A stretch of 64,000 nucleotides of DNA from an uncultured Planctomycetales bacterium (GCA_964427405.1 CAYRUB010000002.1:68741-132740), one strand, 5' to 3'. Shown: positions 1 to 10,910, counted from the first letter of the stretch. Numbers and translations are program-made. The notes: generated from the sequence alone by a model not told the origin.

Positions 1-933
1 TATCTGATCATTTTTATCGCTTTTTCTATCGGCAGGTTTTTTGTTCCGGCTAAACTCTCCATTATACCGGATTTAGTGGATAAGAAAGACCTGCTTATTG
101 CCAATTCTCTGGTTAACACAACCGGAATGATCGCAGCAACCCTGGGATTTGGAATAAGCGGAGTGCTTGTAGAGTGGCTGGGTGCTAAAAGCGGTTTTTA
201 TCTTAACTCCTTAACCTTTTTAATCTCGGGAACATTTATCTTTTTGATCTCCAGGAAATTTGTGGTAAAGATGGATTTTAAGAAGATCGGCCAGGAGATT
301 ATAGATGTAATTAGAAAATCAGTATTTCAGGAGATCAAGGAGGGGGTGTCTTATTTTATCCGGAAAAAAGACATCCGTTTTACCGCCGGAATTATCTTTG
401 CGCTTTGGTCGGCATTAGGCGCGGTTTATGTGGTAATCATCGTTTTTGTGCAAAATACCCTGCATTCGACAACTAAAGACCTGGGGCTTTTGGTGATGTT
501 TTTGGGTATCGGTTTATTTCTGGGGTCTCTGGTTTATGGCAGGTTCGGCCAGCGCATTGCGCATTATAAGGTCATTTTTGCTTCTCTGGTCTTAAGCGGA
601 ATAATGCTGGACATTTTTGCCCTGGGAATATATAATTATCCCAATTTTGCCATGGCTGCGTTGCTAGCTTTGTGTTTGGGCTTGATTATTGCTCCGATTA
701 TGATTGCCTCCAATACTATTATCCATAGTGTCAGTGATAACGATATGCTAGGCAAGGTTTTTAGTTCCTTTGAGATAGTCATGCATCTGGGTTTTCTTTT
801 ATTCATGTTTATCAGCAGCATGCTGGCAGAAAGATTCTCTCATTTGTTGATTTTGATTATCGTAGGTGGATTGTTGAGCCTGCTAGGATTAGTAAATTTA
901 TTCTTTAACCGAAAGGCAGCATGGTTAAATTAG
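1..933 (+). CDS. MFS-type transporter, 5'-truncated by window edge (reading frame open from nt 1)
   Basis: Frame 1 is open from nt 1 through the listed ORF 76..933. The product is polytopic and hydrophobic, with TM helices throughout, typical of the C-terminal half of an MFS permease. Confidence 0.6.
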   Translation, partial: YLIIFIAFSIGRFFVPAKLSIIPDLVDKKDLLIANSLVNTTGMIAATLGFGISGVLVEWLGAKSGFYLNSLTFLISGTFIFLISRKFVVKMDFKKIGQEIIDVIRKSVFQEIKEGVSYFIRKKDIRFTAGIIFALWSALGAVYVVIIVFVQNTLHSTTKDLGLLVMFLGIGLFLGSLVYGRFGQRIAHYKVIFASLVLSGIMLDIFALGIYNYPNFAMAALLALCLGLIIAPIMIASNTIIHSVSDNDMLGKVFSSFEIVMHLGFLLFMFISSMLAERFSHLLILIIVGGLLSLLGLVNLFFNRKAAWLN

Positions 934-2189
934 CGGAAAATAAACACTATTCGCAAAATAAGGCGATTGAAAAATTGCCGCTTCCTTCTAAAGTCTATCT
1001 GCCTTTAATCCAGCATTTGGGTAAGATCTGTAACCCCGAGGTAAAAGTTGGCGATACGGTCAGACTTGGCCAGAGGATTGCCACTATACAGGCCAATCTC
1101 TACGCGCCTATTCATGCTTCAATATCTGGTGTGGTTGTCGCGATACAAGATTGGCCGCATCCTGTTTTGGGCAGGGCCAAGGCCATTGTTTTAGAAGGTA
1201 GCGGCCAGGATGATGGCACAGCTTTTAGTTTAAAAAGCCGGCAGGAGATAGATAGGCTTAGTCCCACGGATATCAGGAAGATTGTTTTAGATGCCGGTAT
1301 AGTAGGTATGGGCGGGGCAAGTTTTCCTACCCATATAAAACTTAATCCTCCTAAGCCGCTGAATACGCTGATTATTAACGGCGCAGAGTGTGAGCCGTAT
1401 TTGACTGCGGATGGCCGGCTAATGGTTGAGAAAACAGCCGAAATTGCAGAGGGTATTAAATTAATTGCCGCTTGCTTAGGGATAAAAGAGATTTATATCG
1501 GGATAGAGGATAATAAACCCGAAGCGATAAAGGTATTTTCCGGTTTTCCCGGGATTAAAGTTAAGGTTTTAAAGTCAGATTATCCGCAAGGCGGAGAAAA
1601 ACAATTAATTCAGAATATTCTAGGCAAGCAGATTCCCCGCGGCAAACTGCCCTTTGATATCGGTGTGCTGGTGCAGAATGTAGCTACTGTATATGCGGTT
1701 TACGAGGCGGTGTTTAAAGGTAAGCCTTTAATTGAAAGGCTGGTTACAGTTACCGGCAACTGTCTGGAAAACCCCAAAAATCTACTCGTGCGTTTAGGCA
1801 CTCCGATAAAGAATTTGATTGATTTTTGCGGGCCGCTTAAGGAAGAGCCGGCGAAGATTATTATTGGCGGCCCGATGATGGGTATTGCCCAGTATACAGA
1901 TGAAGTTCCAATAATAAAATCAAGCGGCGGCCTCTTGCTTATGAATGCGCAAGAAGCCAAAACCATAGAGGAAGGGCCTTGTATACGCTGTGCTGCCTGT
2001 GTACGCGGTTGTCCTGTGGGGCTTATGCCTTGTCAGATTAACCTGGCTTCAGAGAGATCTCTTTGGTCATTAACCAAAGAGTATGGAGCTGGCGATTGTA
2101 TTGAATGCGGCATATGTAATTATGTCTGTCCGGCAAATCGCAGGTTGTTGCAGACGATTAAAAGGGCAAAGTTAGAGGGAATAAAATAA
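921..2189 (+). CDS. rnfC: Rnf electron transport complex subunit C (RnfC/NqrA-like, 2x[4Fe-4S])
   Basis: SFPTHIKLNPP region and two ferredoxin-type CxxCxxCxxxCP motifs (CIRCAACVRGCP, CIECGICNYVCP). Followed directly by rnfGDEAB. Confidence 0.85.
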   Translation: MVKLAENKHYSQNKAIEKLPLPSKVYLPLIQHLGKICNPEVKVGDTVRLGQRIATIQANLYAPIHASISGVVVAIQDWPHPVLGRAKAIVLEGSGQDDGTAFSLKSRQEIDRLSPTDIRKIVLDAGIVGMGGASFPTHIKLNPPKPLNTLIINGAECEPYLTADGRLMVEKTAEIAEGIKLIAACLGIKEIYIGIEDNKPEAIKVFSGFPGIKVKVLKSDYPQGGEKQLIQNILGKQIPRGKLPFDIGVLVQNVATVYAVYEAVFKGKPLIERLVTVTGNCLENPKNLLVRLGTPIKNLIDFCGPLKEEPAKIIIGGPMMGIAQYTDEVPIIKSSGGLLLMNAQEAKTIEEGPCIRCAACVRGCPVGLMPCQINLASERSLWSLTKEYGAGDCIECGICNYVCPANRRLLQTIKRAKLEGIK

Positions 2190-2190
2190 C

Positions 2191-2715
2191 ATGAAAGAAA
2201 TGGCCCGTTACGGTTTTATCTTAACGTTGATTTGTGTAGTTGCCGCGGGGTTATTAGCCGGGGTTAATTCACTTACCCGTTCTAAAATTATAGCCCAAGC
2301 TTTAGCAGAAGAGCAGGCAGCGCTTAAAGAGGTTATGCCTGGCGCCGTGAAATTTACCGAGGTAAAATCAGGACAGGAAATATTATATTACAGGGCGCTG
2401 GATAGCCAGAATAGCTTAATAGGTTTTGTTTTTAAAGCCAGTGGTAAAGGTTATTCCAGCGTAATTGAAACTTTAGCCGGTATCTTTCTTGATGGAAAAA
2501 TAAGCGCCATAAAGGTCATTTCTTTAAATGAAACCCCAGGTTTAGGTATGCGTGTTACGGAAGATAGCTTTACCAGCCAGTTTAATAGCCAGGATGCGTT
2601 GAATCTATCGGGAGTGCAGGCAATTGCCGGGGCAACTATTTCTAGCCGGGCGGTAATGGATTCAGTGGTTAAAAAGGCGCAAGAGTTACAAGAATTAATA
2701 AAAAATGAAAAATAA
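2191..2715 (+). CDS. rnfG: Rnf complex subunit G (FMN-binding, membrane anchored)
   Basis: N-terminal TM anchor and the FMN-attachment motif AGATISSRAV (SGAT-type). Confidence 0.8.
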   Translation: MKEMARYGFILTLICVVAAGLLAGVNSLTRSKIIAQALAEEQAALKEVMPGAVKFTEVKSGQEILYYRALDSQNSLIGFVFKASGKGYSSVIETLAGIFLDGKISAIKVISLNETPGLGMRVTEDSFTSQFNSQDALNLSGVQAIAGATISSRAVMDSVVKKAQELQELIKNEK

Positions 2716-3646
2716 TCTTATAGTTTCCGGTTCTCCGCATATCCATAAGCAGGAATCTGTTTCCCGGATCATGTGGACAGTTGTGCTTAGTATTATACCC
2801 GCTGGGGTTGCCGGGGTAATCATATTCGGCTTAGATGCGCTTTGGGTTACTTTAGTTGCGGTTACCGCTGCGGTTTTAACTGAAACAATTTTTGAAGTTT
2901 GGACTAAAAAGAAGATTACGGTTATGGATGGCTCAGCGGTAATTACCGGGATATTACTGGCCTATAATTTGCCGTCTAATGTGCCTTTGTGGTTGCCGAT
3001 AGTTGGCGCGGTATTCTCTATTGCCATCGGCAAGCAGGTTTTCGGCGGCCTGGGGCAGAATATTTTTAACCCCGCGCTCGTAGGCAGGGTATTTCTTATG
3101 GCTTCCTGGCCGAAATATATGACTACCTTTGTTAAGCCATTTAGTTATGATGCAATAACTTCCGCAACCCCTTTGGCTGTGCTTAAAGAAGGAAAGATCC
3201 TGGAGCATATTTCTTATCTGGATTTATTCTTAGGCAAACGCGGAGGTTGTATCGGTGAAGTTTGTATATTAGCATTATTAATCGGAGCGGCGATTTTGTT
3301 GTACAAGGGGTATATTTCCTGGCATATTCCCGCAACCTATATTCTTACCACAGCTATCTTTACCTATATATTCGGGGCTAAACAGTTATTCCATGGAGAC
3401 TGGTTATTTCATATATTAAGCGGAGGTTTGATCCTGGGGGCATTTTTTATGGCTACTGATTATGTGGCTACGCCCTTAACTTCCAAAGGACAAATTATCT
3501 TTGGCGTAGGCTGCGGCCTGCTTACGGCAATTATCCGGCTTTGGGGTGGATACCCGGAAGGGGCATCATATGCCATCTTAATGATGAATGCGGCAACCCC
3601 GTTTATCGACCGTTATACAAAAAACAGGATTTACGGCTCAAAATGA
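2705..3646 (+). CDS. rnfD: Rnf complex subunit D (NqrB/RnfD family)
   Basis: N-terminal SPHIH motif, polytopic membrane protein, TSATPL flavinylation-type motif. 313 aa. Confidence 0.85.
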   Translation: MKNNLIVSGSPHIHKQESVSRIMWTVVLSIIPAGVAGVIIFGLDALWVTLVAVTAAVLTETIFEVWTKKKITVMDGSAVITGILLAYNLPSNVPLWLPIVGAVFSIAIGKQVFGGLGQNIFNPALVGRVFLMASWPKYMTTFVKPFSYDAITSATPLAVLKEGKILEHISYLDLFLGKRGGCIGEVCILALLIGAAILLYKGYISWHIPATYILTTAIFTYIFGAKQLFHGDWLFHILSGGLILGAFFMATDYVATPLTSKGQIIFGVGCGLLTAIIRLWGGYPEGASYAILMMNAATPFIDRYTKNRIYGSK

Positions 3647-4236
3647 AGAACTTAATTAAAGAATTTACTAAAGGGATAATTAAAGATAATCCCACTTTTG
3701 TCCTTGTTCTGGGTTTGTGCCCAACGCTGGCAGTTTCCGTATCGGTAGCTAATGGTATTGGTATGGGGATCGCCGCTACTTTTGTGCTCTTGGGTTCAAG
3801 TATAATGATCTCATTAGTCAGGGATTTTATTCCGGATAAGATTCGTATACCTTGCTATATCGTAATTATCGCTACATTTGTTACGATTATTGAATTGTGT
3901 ATGAAAGCCTACAGTCCGGTATTGGATCGTGCTTTAGGTATTTACGTTCCGCTGATTGTTGTTAACTGCATGGTTTTGGGCCGCGCAGAGGCATTTGCCT
4001 GCAAGAATAATTTAAGCCGTTCATTTTTTGATGGCTTGGGCATGGGTGTGGGTTTTACCCTGGCGCTTATTCTCATCTCAGCTATAAGGGAGTTTTTAGG
4101 CTCAGGCCAGATATTGGGCCACACCTTGATTAAAGGGTTTGAGCCGATATTTGTTTTTGGCATGCCTTCAGGGGCCTTGCTGGTGATAGGGTTATTATTA
4201 GGTTTTTTTAATTTATTAAAGAATAGAAAAACATGA
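3643..4236 (+). CDS. rnfE: Rnf complex subunit E (NqrD/RnfE family)
   Basis: MKNLIKEFTKGIIKDNPTFVLVLGLCPTLAVS is RnfE/NqrD-like. The ATG at 3643 overlaps the rnfD TGA (ATGA). The track ORF starting at 3541 is an upstream in-frame extension. Confidence 0.85.
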   Translation: MKNLIKEFTKGIIKDNPTFVLVLGLCPTLAVSVSVANGIGMGIAATFVLLGSSIMISLVRDFIPDKIRIPCYIVIIATFVTIIELCMKAYSPVLDRALGIYVPLIVVNCMVLGRAEAFACKNNLSRSFFDGLGMGVGFTLALILISAIREFLGSGQILGHTLIKGFEPIFVFGMPSGALLVIGLLLGFFNLLKNRKT

Positions 4237-4841
4237 GCCTGCAAGAATTATTAACCATATTTATTTCCGCGGTATTTATTTATAACGTAATTCTTTCGCG
4301 TTTCCTGGGTCTTTGTTCTTTTATTGCTATTTCCAAAGAGACAAAGCCGGCGCTGGCGATGAGTTCTGCGGTTATGTTTGTTATTGTTATGTCTTCGGCG
4401 ATCACCTGGTTTGTCTATCGTTTTCTGCTTTTACCGTTTGGGTTGACTTATCTGCGCACAATTTCCTTTATTTTAGTTATTGCCACATTTGTACAGTTTG
4501 TAGAAATGGTTATAAAGAAGGTGAGTCCGCAGTTGTATAGAGCATTTGGAATTTATCTGCCATTAATTACCGTAAACTGCGCGGTGTTAGGGGTGGCTGT
4601 ACTAAATATCGATATGTTTTTTGTAAACGGCAAGCAGGTTGCCGGTAGCTTCTACTATTCTGTCTTTCAGGGTTTATGTGTAGGTTTAGGTTATACCTTG
4701 GCCATGCTTTTGATGTCCGGGATAAGAGAGAGGCTTGAGCTTTGTAATATTCCTAAAGCCTTGAAGGATTTTCCGCTGGCGTTTATTATCGCTGCTGTTT
4801 TAAGTTTAAGTTTTATGGGTTTTAGCGGGTTTAAATTCTAA
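4233..4841 (+). CDS. rnfA: Rnf complex subunit A (NqrE/RnfA family)
   Basis: Six-TM RnfA-like sequence (GIYLPLITVNCAVLG). ATGA overlap with rnfE. Confidence 0.85.
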   Translation: MSLQELLTIFISAVFIYNVILSRFLGLCSFIAISKETKPALAMSSAVMFVIVMSSAITWFVYRFLLLPFGLTYLRTISFILVIATFVQFVEMVIKKVSPQLYRAFGIYLPLITVNCAVLGVAVLNIDMFFVNGKQVAGSFYYSVFQGLCVGLGYTLAMLLMSGIRERLELCNIPKALKDFPLAFIIAAVLSLSFMGFSGFKF

Positions 4842-5629
4842 TGGAAATATTGATTGCCATACTAGTCTTAGGTTTCTTAGGGTTACTGTTTGGGGTAGGT
4901 TTAGCTATCGCCTCCAAAAAGTTAGCTGTTCAGATTAATCCTAAATTAGAAGAGCTGCAGCATCTTCTTCCTGGCTCAAACTGCGGGGCATGCGGAAATC
5001 CCGGATGTTTTGGTTTTGCGGAGAGCCTGCTTAATGGTAAGAGCGCTGCAGATGGCTGCCGGGTTTGTAGCGATGAAGTTAAAGAGGAAATTGCCCGCCT
5101 GATGGGACTTACGCTTGAGAAGCAGACTAAAAAGATCGCCACCCTGCATTGTAACGGGGGCTTAAAGGTAAAAGATAAATATTTATATAACGGGGTTAAT
5201 GATTGCGTTGCGGCGAATCTGGTTTTAGGAGGGCAGAAGGCTTGCGTCTTTGCCTGCCTTGGTTTTAGTACTTGCCAGAAGGCCTGTCCGTTTGGAGCGA
5301 TTAGCATGTCTGCCGAGGGTTTGCCGATAGTAGATAAAATTAAATGCCGCGCTTGTAATAAATGCGTATTGGCCTGTCCCAAGAAACTATTCTCGCTTGT
5401 ATCCGTATCCAATAGCGTGTATGTAGCATGCAGCTCACATGATTCAGGCAGGGATGTAAAAGCCGTCTGTCCTGTAGGTTGTATTGCCTGTAAGTTATGC
5501 GAGAAGGCGTGTAAATTCGACGCGATTCATGTAATAGATAACCTGGCGGTAATTGATTATCATAAGTGTACTTCTTGTAAAGAGTGTGTTAAGGTTTGCC
5601 CTGCCAAGACCATAAGGATAAGAGAATGA
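4841..5629 (+). CDS. rnfB: Rnf complex subunit B (polyferredoxin)
   Basis: N-terminal TM segment, CGACGNPGC cluster and several 4Fe-4S Cys motifs. TAATG overlap with rnfA. Confidence 0.85.
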   Translation: MEILIAILVLGFLGLLFGVGLAIASKKLAVQINPKLEELQHLLPGSNCGACGNPGCFGFAESLLNGKSAADGCRVCSDEVKEEIARLMGLTLEKQTKKIATLHCNGGLKVKDKYLYNGVNDCVAANLVLGGQKACVFACLGFSTCQKACPFGAISMSAEGLPIVDKIKCRACNKCVLACPKKLFSLVSVSNSVYVACSSHDSGRDVKAVCPVGCIACKLCEKACKFDAIHVIDNLAVIDYHKCTSCKECVKVCPAKTIRIRE

Positions 5630-6198
5630 ATTTAGCCGTATTTGCTTCGGGTAACGGAAGTAATTTTTCGGCGATTGTTAAAGCGATAAAGCAACGCAAG
5701 ATTAAGATGAAGTCGGTAATTTTGGTTTGCGATAAGCCAGGGGCTTTTGTGATTAAGCGCGCGCAAAAGGCAGGAGTGCAGGTTATTTTAGTCAGCCGTG
5801 TTGACTTTTCCAGCCGCAAAGATTTTGAAACAGCGATAATTCAGAGACTAAAAAATTATAAAATAGATTTAATTGCGTTAGCCGGATTTATGCGTATGCT
5901 CAGCCCGGCTCTTGTTAAGCAATACCGTAACCGCATTTTAAATATCCACCCTTCATTGCTTCCTGAGTTTAAGGGCGGCCATGCCATAAAAGACGCCTTT
6001 GAAGATAAAGTTCCTTTTACCGGAGTAACAGTGCATTTTGTTGATGAAAAGATGGACCACGGACCGGTTATTTTGCAGGAACAAATAAAAATCAGAAATA
6101 GGGATACATTGGCCTCGCTTGAGAAGAGAATTCATAGCTTGGAACACAAGCTTTATCCTCAGGCAATCAAATTATTTTGTAGCGGTAAGATAAATTAA
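5626..6198 (+). CDS. purN: Phosphoribosylglycinamide formyltransferase
   Basis: MNLAVFASGNGSN start, NIHPSLLP, and the formyl-transferase core. The ATG at 5626 overlaps the rnfB TGA. Confidence 0.85.
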   Translation: MNLAVFASGNGSNFSAIVKAIKQRKIKMKSVILVCDKPGAFVIKRAQKAGVQVILVSRVDFSSRKDFETAIIQRLKNYKIDLIALAGFMRMLSPALVKQYRNRILNIHPSLLPEFKGGHAIKDAFEDKVPFTGVTVHFVDEKMDHGPVILQEQIKIRNRDTLASLEKRIHSLEHKLYPQAIKLFCSGKIN

Positions 6199-6216
6199 AG
6201 AGGCAGGAAGGTATTG

Positions 6217-7131
6217 CTATTCTTTAGATCCGGCAAAGACAGCAGTTTGATTAAGGATGGTCTTTGTTCCGGTTACCAGGTTAGTCATCTCTACAATAGT
6301 AAAATCTTTAAAAGCGTAAGTATTTAAAGTAAGAGAGACTATCTTTAAGATTTCCCTGTCGATATCCGCATTCTTTTCCACCTCTGGTTTTTGGAACTTC
6401 ATTCTTATGCGGCCTTGGATCTGATCAGTGAGAAACTCCTCTAAGGTTATATCCTGATAAACTAAATGCCTGCCTTCTTTATCTCCGATAATCTGTGCGG
6501 AAACCTCCGTATTCTGGACAATACGGTGCTGATATTCGGACTGGGAGATAAAACCATAAGACAGTTTCTTTAAGTCCAGGCAATAAAAAATTTGTTTTAG
6601 TTCAAAACCGTTTGCGATATCTGAAGTAACAATACAGAAAAACAGGGGGTTATTCTTAGGCTGCTTGTTATCCATACTAAAAAGCACTCTGCGGATAACC
6701 TGCAATACGTTAAAGATTTTTGTATTTACGGATTTATCTAATGACATATCCTGCTGTTTTTCTGTTTCCGGGACAGGTTTAACAAGATAATTAATTCTTA
6801 AGATTCTTTCATCCAAGTGACTCTTTCTGTTTTCAACCAGGAATCTTTCGATGTATTTTTCCGGTTTGGGAGATTTGGTAATTATGTTCTCAAGCGGCAT
6901 ATATACCCAAAAAGTGCGCCCCTCAAGATTGGTTATAATATCAAGCTGGTATTCCTTTTTACATATATCTTTTACTGCTTTGGAGATATCATTTTTTAAA
7001 AATGACGGAGTGGTAGAGGAGGTGCAGGCGGATAAAAATAAAATAAGAGGGATCAGTTTAAGGGCGGCTCTTGCCAAACTCTTTGAAGATAGCTTCGATT
7101 TCATCGTAATTGAGTTCACTTTTTGCCACAA
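6217..7131 (-). CDS. Hypothetical lipoprotein (signal peptide plus lipobox LSAC)
   Basis: N-terminal signal peptide ending in LILFLSAC followed by a Ser/Thr-rich linker. No recognisable catalytic motif. The true start may be the internal Met near nt 7104. Confidence 0.5.
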   Translation of the reverse strand: MWQKVNSITMKSKLSSKSLARAALKLIPLILFLSACTSSTTPSFLKNDISKAVKDICKKEYQLDIITNLEGRTFWVYMPLENIITKSPKPEKYIERFLVENRKSHLDERILRINYLVKPVPETEKQQDMSLDKSVNTKIFNVLQVIRRVLFSMDNKQPKNNPLFFCIVTSDIANGFELKQIFYCLDLKKLSYGFISQSEYQHRIVQNTEVSAQIIGDKEGRHLVYQDITLEEFLTDQIQGRIRMKFQKPEVEKNADIDREILKIVSLTLNTYAFKDFTIVEMTNLVTGTKTILNQTAVFAGSKE

Positions 7132-8737
7132 GCTCTTTGGCCAACCGGTCCATAAGGGGTTCTTCTTTTTTGAGTAATGCGGTTACTTCGATAAGGCAGG
7201 TATTTAATATGTCCTGGACGTCGGCATCAAGCTTGCCCTTAACATCTTCGGAGATCTTATCAACAATCTCCCAGTTGCCTAAAAATCCGCTTTTACCCAT
7301 GCCGCAGACCCAGACCATATTGTGGGCATGATGCATGGCACTGGAAAAATCTCCATATACGCCGGAGGTTGTCGCATTGTACTTGATTTTTTCTGCAGCG
7401 TACGAACCTAAACTAATCTTTATTTTGCTGAGTAGCTCATTAGAATCTTCAATAAAAGTATCTTCTCTTTCCGGAATCCAGGTTGCTCCACCAGTGGGGC
7501 CGCGCGGGGTGATCGTTATTTTAAAAACATCCTTAGAGGGGGCAAGCAGGTAAGTGGTAATGGCATGTCCGCTTTCATGGTAGGCGGTCTGCCATTTTTC
7601 TTTTTCACTTAATTTAATTCTGCGTTTTATACCTAAGGCGATTCTTTCCCGCGCTTCATCAATTTCTTTCATGGAAACTGATGAGTTTTGATTGCGTACG
7701 GTAATTAGGGCTGCCTCTCGTACTATATTGGCAATATCCGCCGGGCTTTGACCTACGGTAATGCGTGCGAGCCGGTCGATCTTTACATCTTGCGCATCAT
7801 ATTTTACACTTTTTAGGTAATAGGCAAAGAGCTTACCGCGATCCTCCAGATTGGGTTTATCTACGATGATCTTGCGGTCAAACCTTCCCGGTCTAAGCAG
7901 GGCCTGATCAAGGTAAGTTTCAGGCGCATTGGTTGCGCCGATTAAAATAATATTATAATCTTTATCTTTTAGGCCATCCAGTTCAACCAGCAACTGATTC
8001 AGGGTAGTATTATGCTCAGTAGTCCCGCCGAAACCGCGATCCATGGAACGTTGCGCGCCTATGGCATCAATTTCATCAATAAAAATGATGCAGCCGCCTT
8101 CAAGTTCCGCCAGTTGTTGTGCCCTTTTAAATAAAGAACGTACCCTTCCGGCTCCTACGCCGACAAACATCTCTACAAATTCCGAACCCGACATGGAGAT
8201 AAAAGGAAGCTTGGTTTCTGTAGCGATTGCTTTAGCCAGGTAAGTCTTACCGCATCCCGGGGGGCCGAGCATAAGGATGCCTTTTAAAATTTTTCCTCCT
8301 ATACGCTGAAGGCTCACACGGTCGGTGATCAATTTAACTACTTCCAGGGCTTCTTGTTTGGCTTCATCCATCCCGATCACATCATCCCAGGTAACACCTA
8401 CATCTCCCCCGGAAATAGATTTCTTGCTGGTTTGAGAAAATGATGAGGCCCCGCGTTTAAAATAGAGCCAATACATCAGGTATGTGTATACAAAGCCGAA
8501 GATAAGGGCCATAATAATCTGTAGGTATAGCTGCAGGGGAATCATGGCTAGCTGGGATTGTCTTAAATAAGATTCAGATTCATTCCAGGCACGCAGGCCG
8601 GTAATAACGAGGAATCCTAGAGATATGGCCAGTGCAGCTAAAAAAGTAAAAAGGAGGACTTTTAACCAGTGTAGCTTTGCATAGAACCTGATTTTTTTCC
8701 AATTCATAATTTCTCCCGTCTGCCGCTGACTAAGCAT
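7058..8737 (-). CDS. ftsH: ATP-dependent zinc metalloprotease FtsH (AAA+ plus M41 peptidase)
   Basis: Walker A GPPGCGKT, AAA second region, zinc-binding HESGHAI (HEXXH), N-terminal TM helices. Confidence 0.85.
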   Translation of the reverse strand: MLSQRQTGEIMNWKKIRFYAKLHWLKVLLFTFLAALAISLGFLVITGLRAWNESESYLRQSQLAMIPLQLYLQIIMALIFGFVYTYLMYWLYFKRGASSFSQTSKKSISGGDVGVTWDDVIGMDEAKQEALEVVKLITDRVSLQRIGGKILKGILMLGPPGCGKTYLAKAIATETKLPFISMSGSEFVEMFVGVGAGRVRSLFKRAQQLAELEGGCIIFIDEIDAIGAQRSMDRGFGGTTEHNTTLNQLLVELDGLKDKDYNIILIGATNAPETYLDQALLRPGRFDRKIIVDKPNLEDRGKLFAYYLKSVKYDAQDVKIDRLARITVGQSPADIANIVREAALITVRNQNSSVSMKEIDEARERIALGIKRRIKLSEKEKWQTAYHESGHAITTYLLAPSKDVFKITITPRGPTGGATWIPEREDTFIEDSNELLSKIKISLGSYAAEKIKYNATTSGVYGDFSSAMHHAHNMVWVCGMGKSGFLGNWEIVDKISEDVKGKLDADVQDILNTCLIEVTALLKKEEPLMDRLAKELVAKSELNYDEIEAIFKEFGKSRP

Positions 8738-8797
8738 GTGAAATACAACATATAAAAAATAACATATCTGTTATCTTAAGTCAAACCTTTTCTTCCC

Positions 8798-8825
8798 TTG
8801 ACTTGATAATTTTTGCGTGTATAAT
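8798..8825 (+). promoter_or_regulatory. Sigma70-like promoter upstream of eno (TTGACT, 16-nt spacer, TATAAT)
   Basis: TTGACT at 8798-8803 and TATAAT at 8820-8825, about 40 nt upstream of the eno RBS GGGAG. Confidence 0.45.
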
Positions 8826-8830
8826 TATGA

Positions 8831-10132
<1,302 letters not shown>

Positions 10133-10414
10133 ATGCTCTCTACGTTAAGAAAGGCCTTTTGGCTTTTTGGTTTTACGGTTTTGCTTTTAATCTTATTCCT
10201 GCCGGGTTATATAAAATTGCAGGGATTAAGAGCGAAGAACCGTCAGTTAGAGGATAGTTTTCGTAAGATGGCCGTTGAAAATTATCTTTTGCAACAAGAG
10301 CTTAAGCGGGTTGATAATGACCCGGTTTATCAGGAGAAGATGGCTCGGGATAAGATGGGGGTAGTGAGAAAAGGCGAGATCCCGATTAAGATTTTCTCGG
10401 ATAAGAAGAGATAG
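10133..10414 (+). CDS. ftsB: Septum formation initiator FtsB/DivIC family
   Basis: Single N-terminal TM helix followed by a coiled coil (LQGLRAKNRQLEDSFRKMAVENYLLQQELKRV). Typical position just after eno. Confidence 0.65.
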   Translation: MLSTLRKAFWLFGFTVLLLILFLPGYIKLQGLRAKNRQLEDSFRKMAVENYLLQQELKRVDNDPVYQEKMARDKMGVVRKGEIPIKIFSDKKR

Positions 10415-10561
10415 CTGGTTTTAATATCATAGGTAGGTAATCAATATCCCCGCAGTTAATCGCTTCGCAAATTCTTCACAGAATTTGTTCGCAACTGCAG
10501 GGATTAATTCGCACATTGACTTATGTTTACTCCGTTCCATAAGCCAAGTGCTCATTAATTT

Positions 10562-10635
10562 CGCGGGGTGGAGCAGCCTGGTAGCTCGCAAGGCTCATAA
10601 CCTTGAGGTCATGCGTTCAAATCGCATCCCCGCAA
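10562..10635 (+). tRNA. tRNA-Met (CAT), initiator-type (C1:A72 mismatch)
   Basis: Cloverleaf CGCGGGG...GCTCATAACC...GTTCAAATC...CCCCGCA-A. The unpaired C1/A72 end and the GGAGCAGCCTGGTAGCTCG D-region match bacterial tRNA-fMet. No encoded CCA. Confidence 0.8.
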
Positions 10636-10717
10636 TTGAACATACACCTGTACCGTTAGATGCACATATTGTGTAAAATCCCGTGAGCGTAAGCGAAACG
10701 GGGTCAATACAAACAAG

Positions 10718-10760
10718 GCTAGGATGAGCAGTTATGCAAATCCTGGCTTTTTTGTTTTTC
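10718..10760 (+). terminator. Putative rho-independent terminator downstream of tRNA-fMet
   Basis: GCTAGGAT...ATCCTGGC stem (8 bp with one G-U), then TTTTTTGTTTTT. Confidence 0.4.
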
Positions 10761-10910
10761 TATCCCAGTCAGCTCCATTCTGCCCCCTGTTATGGTTACG
10801 GGTTTTTTCTCCCCATTAAATTGCTTACCATTCTGAAATGGAAGTGATATAATTAGGAAACAGTTTGGTAAAATCGTTAATTTTTGATATAAGAAATAGA
10901 TGAATAAAAA

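Noticed and set aside
3541-3642. Upstream extension of the rnfE ORF (track start 3541)
   Set aside because: It would overlap the last 100 nt of rnfD. RnfE homology begins at the ATG at 3643, which forms an ATGA overlap with the rnfD stop.
4313-4540. Nested or antisense ORFs inside confidently assigned genes (examples: 636..821-, 1700..1966-, 4313..4540+, 4930..5412-, 21850..22303+, 28663..29106-, 40914..41351-, 52374..52901-)
   Set aside because: Each lies entirely within a gene whose motifs are recognisable on the other frame or strand. Their translations are low-complexity and typical of shadow ORFs.
10485-10676. 63-aa ORF on the + strand
   Set aside because: It lies directly over the tRNA-fMet gene (10562-10635). 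The translation is an artefact of the tRNA sequence.
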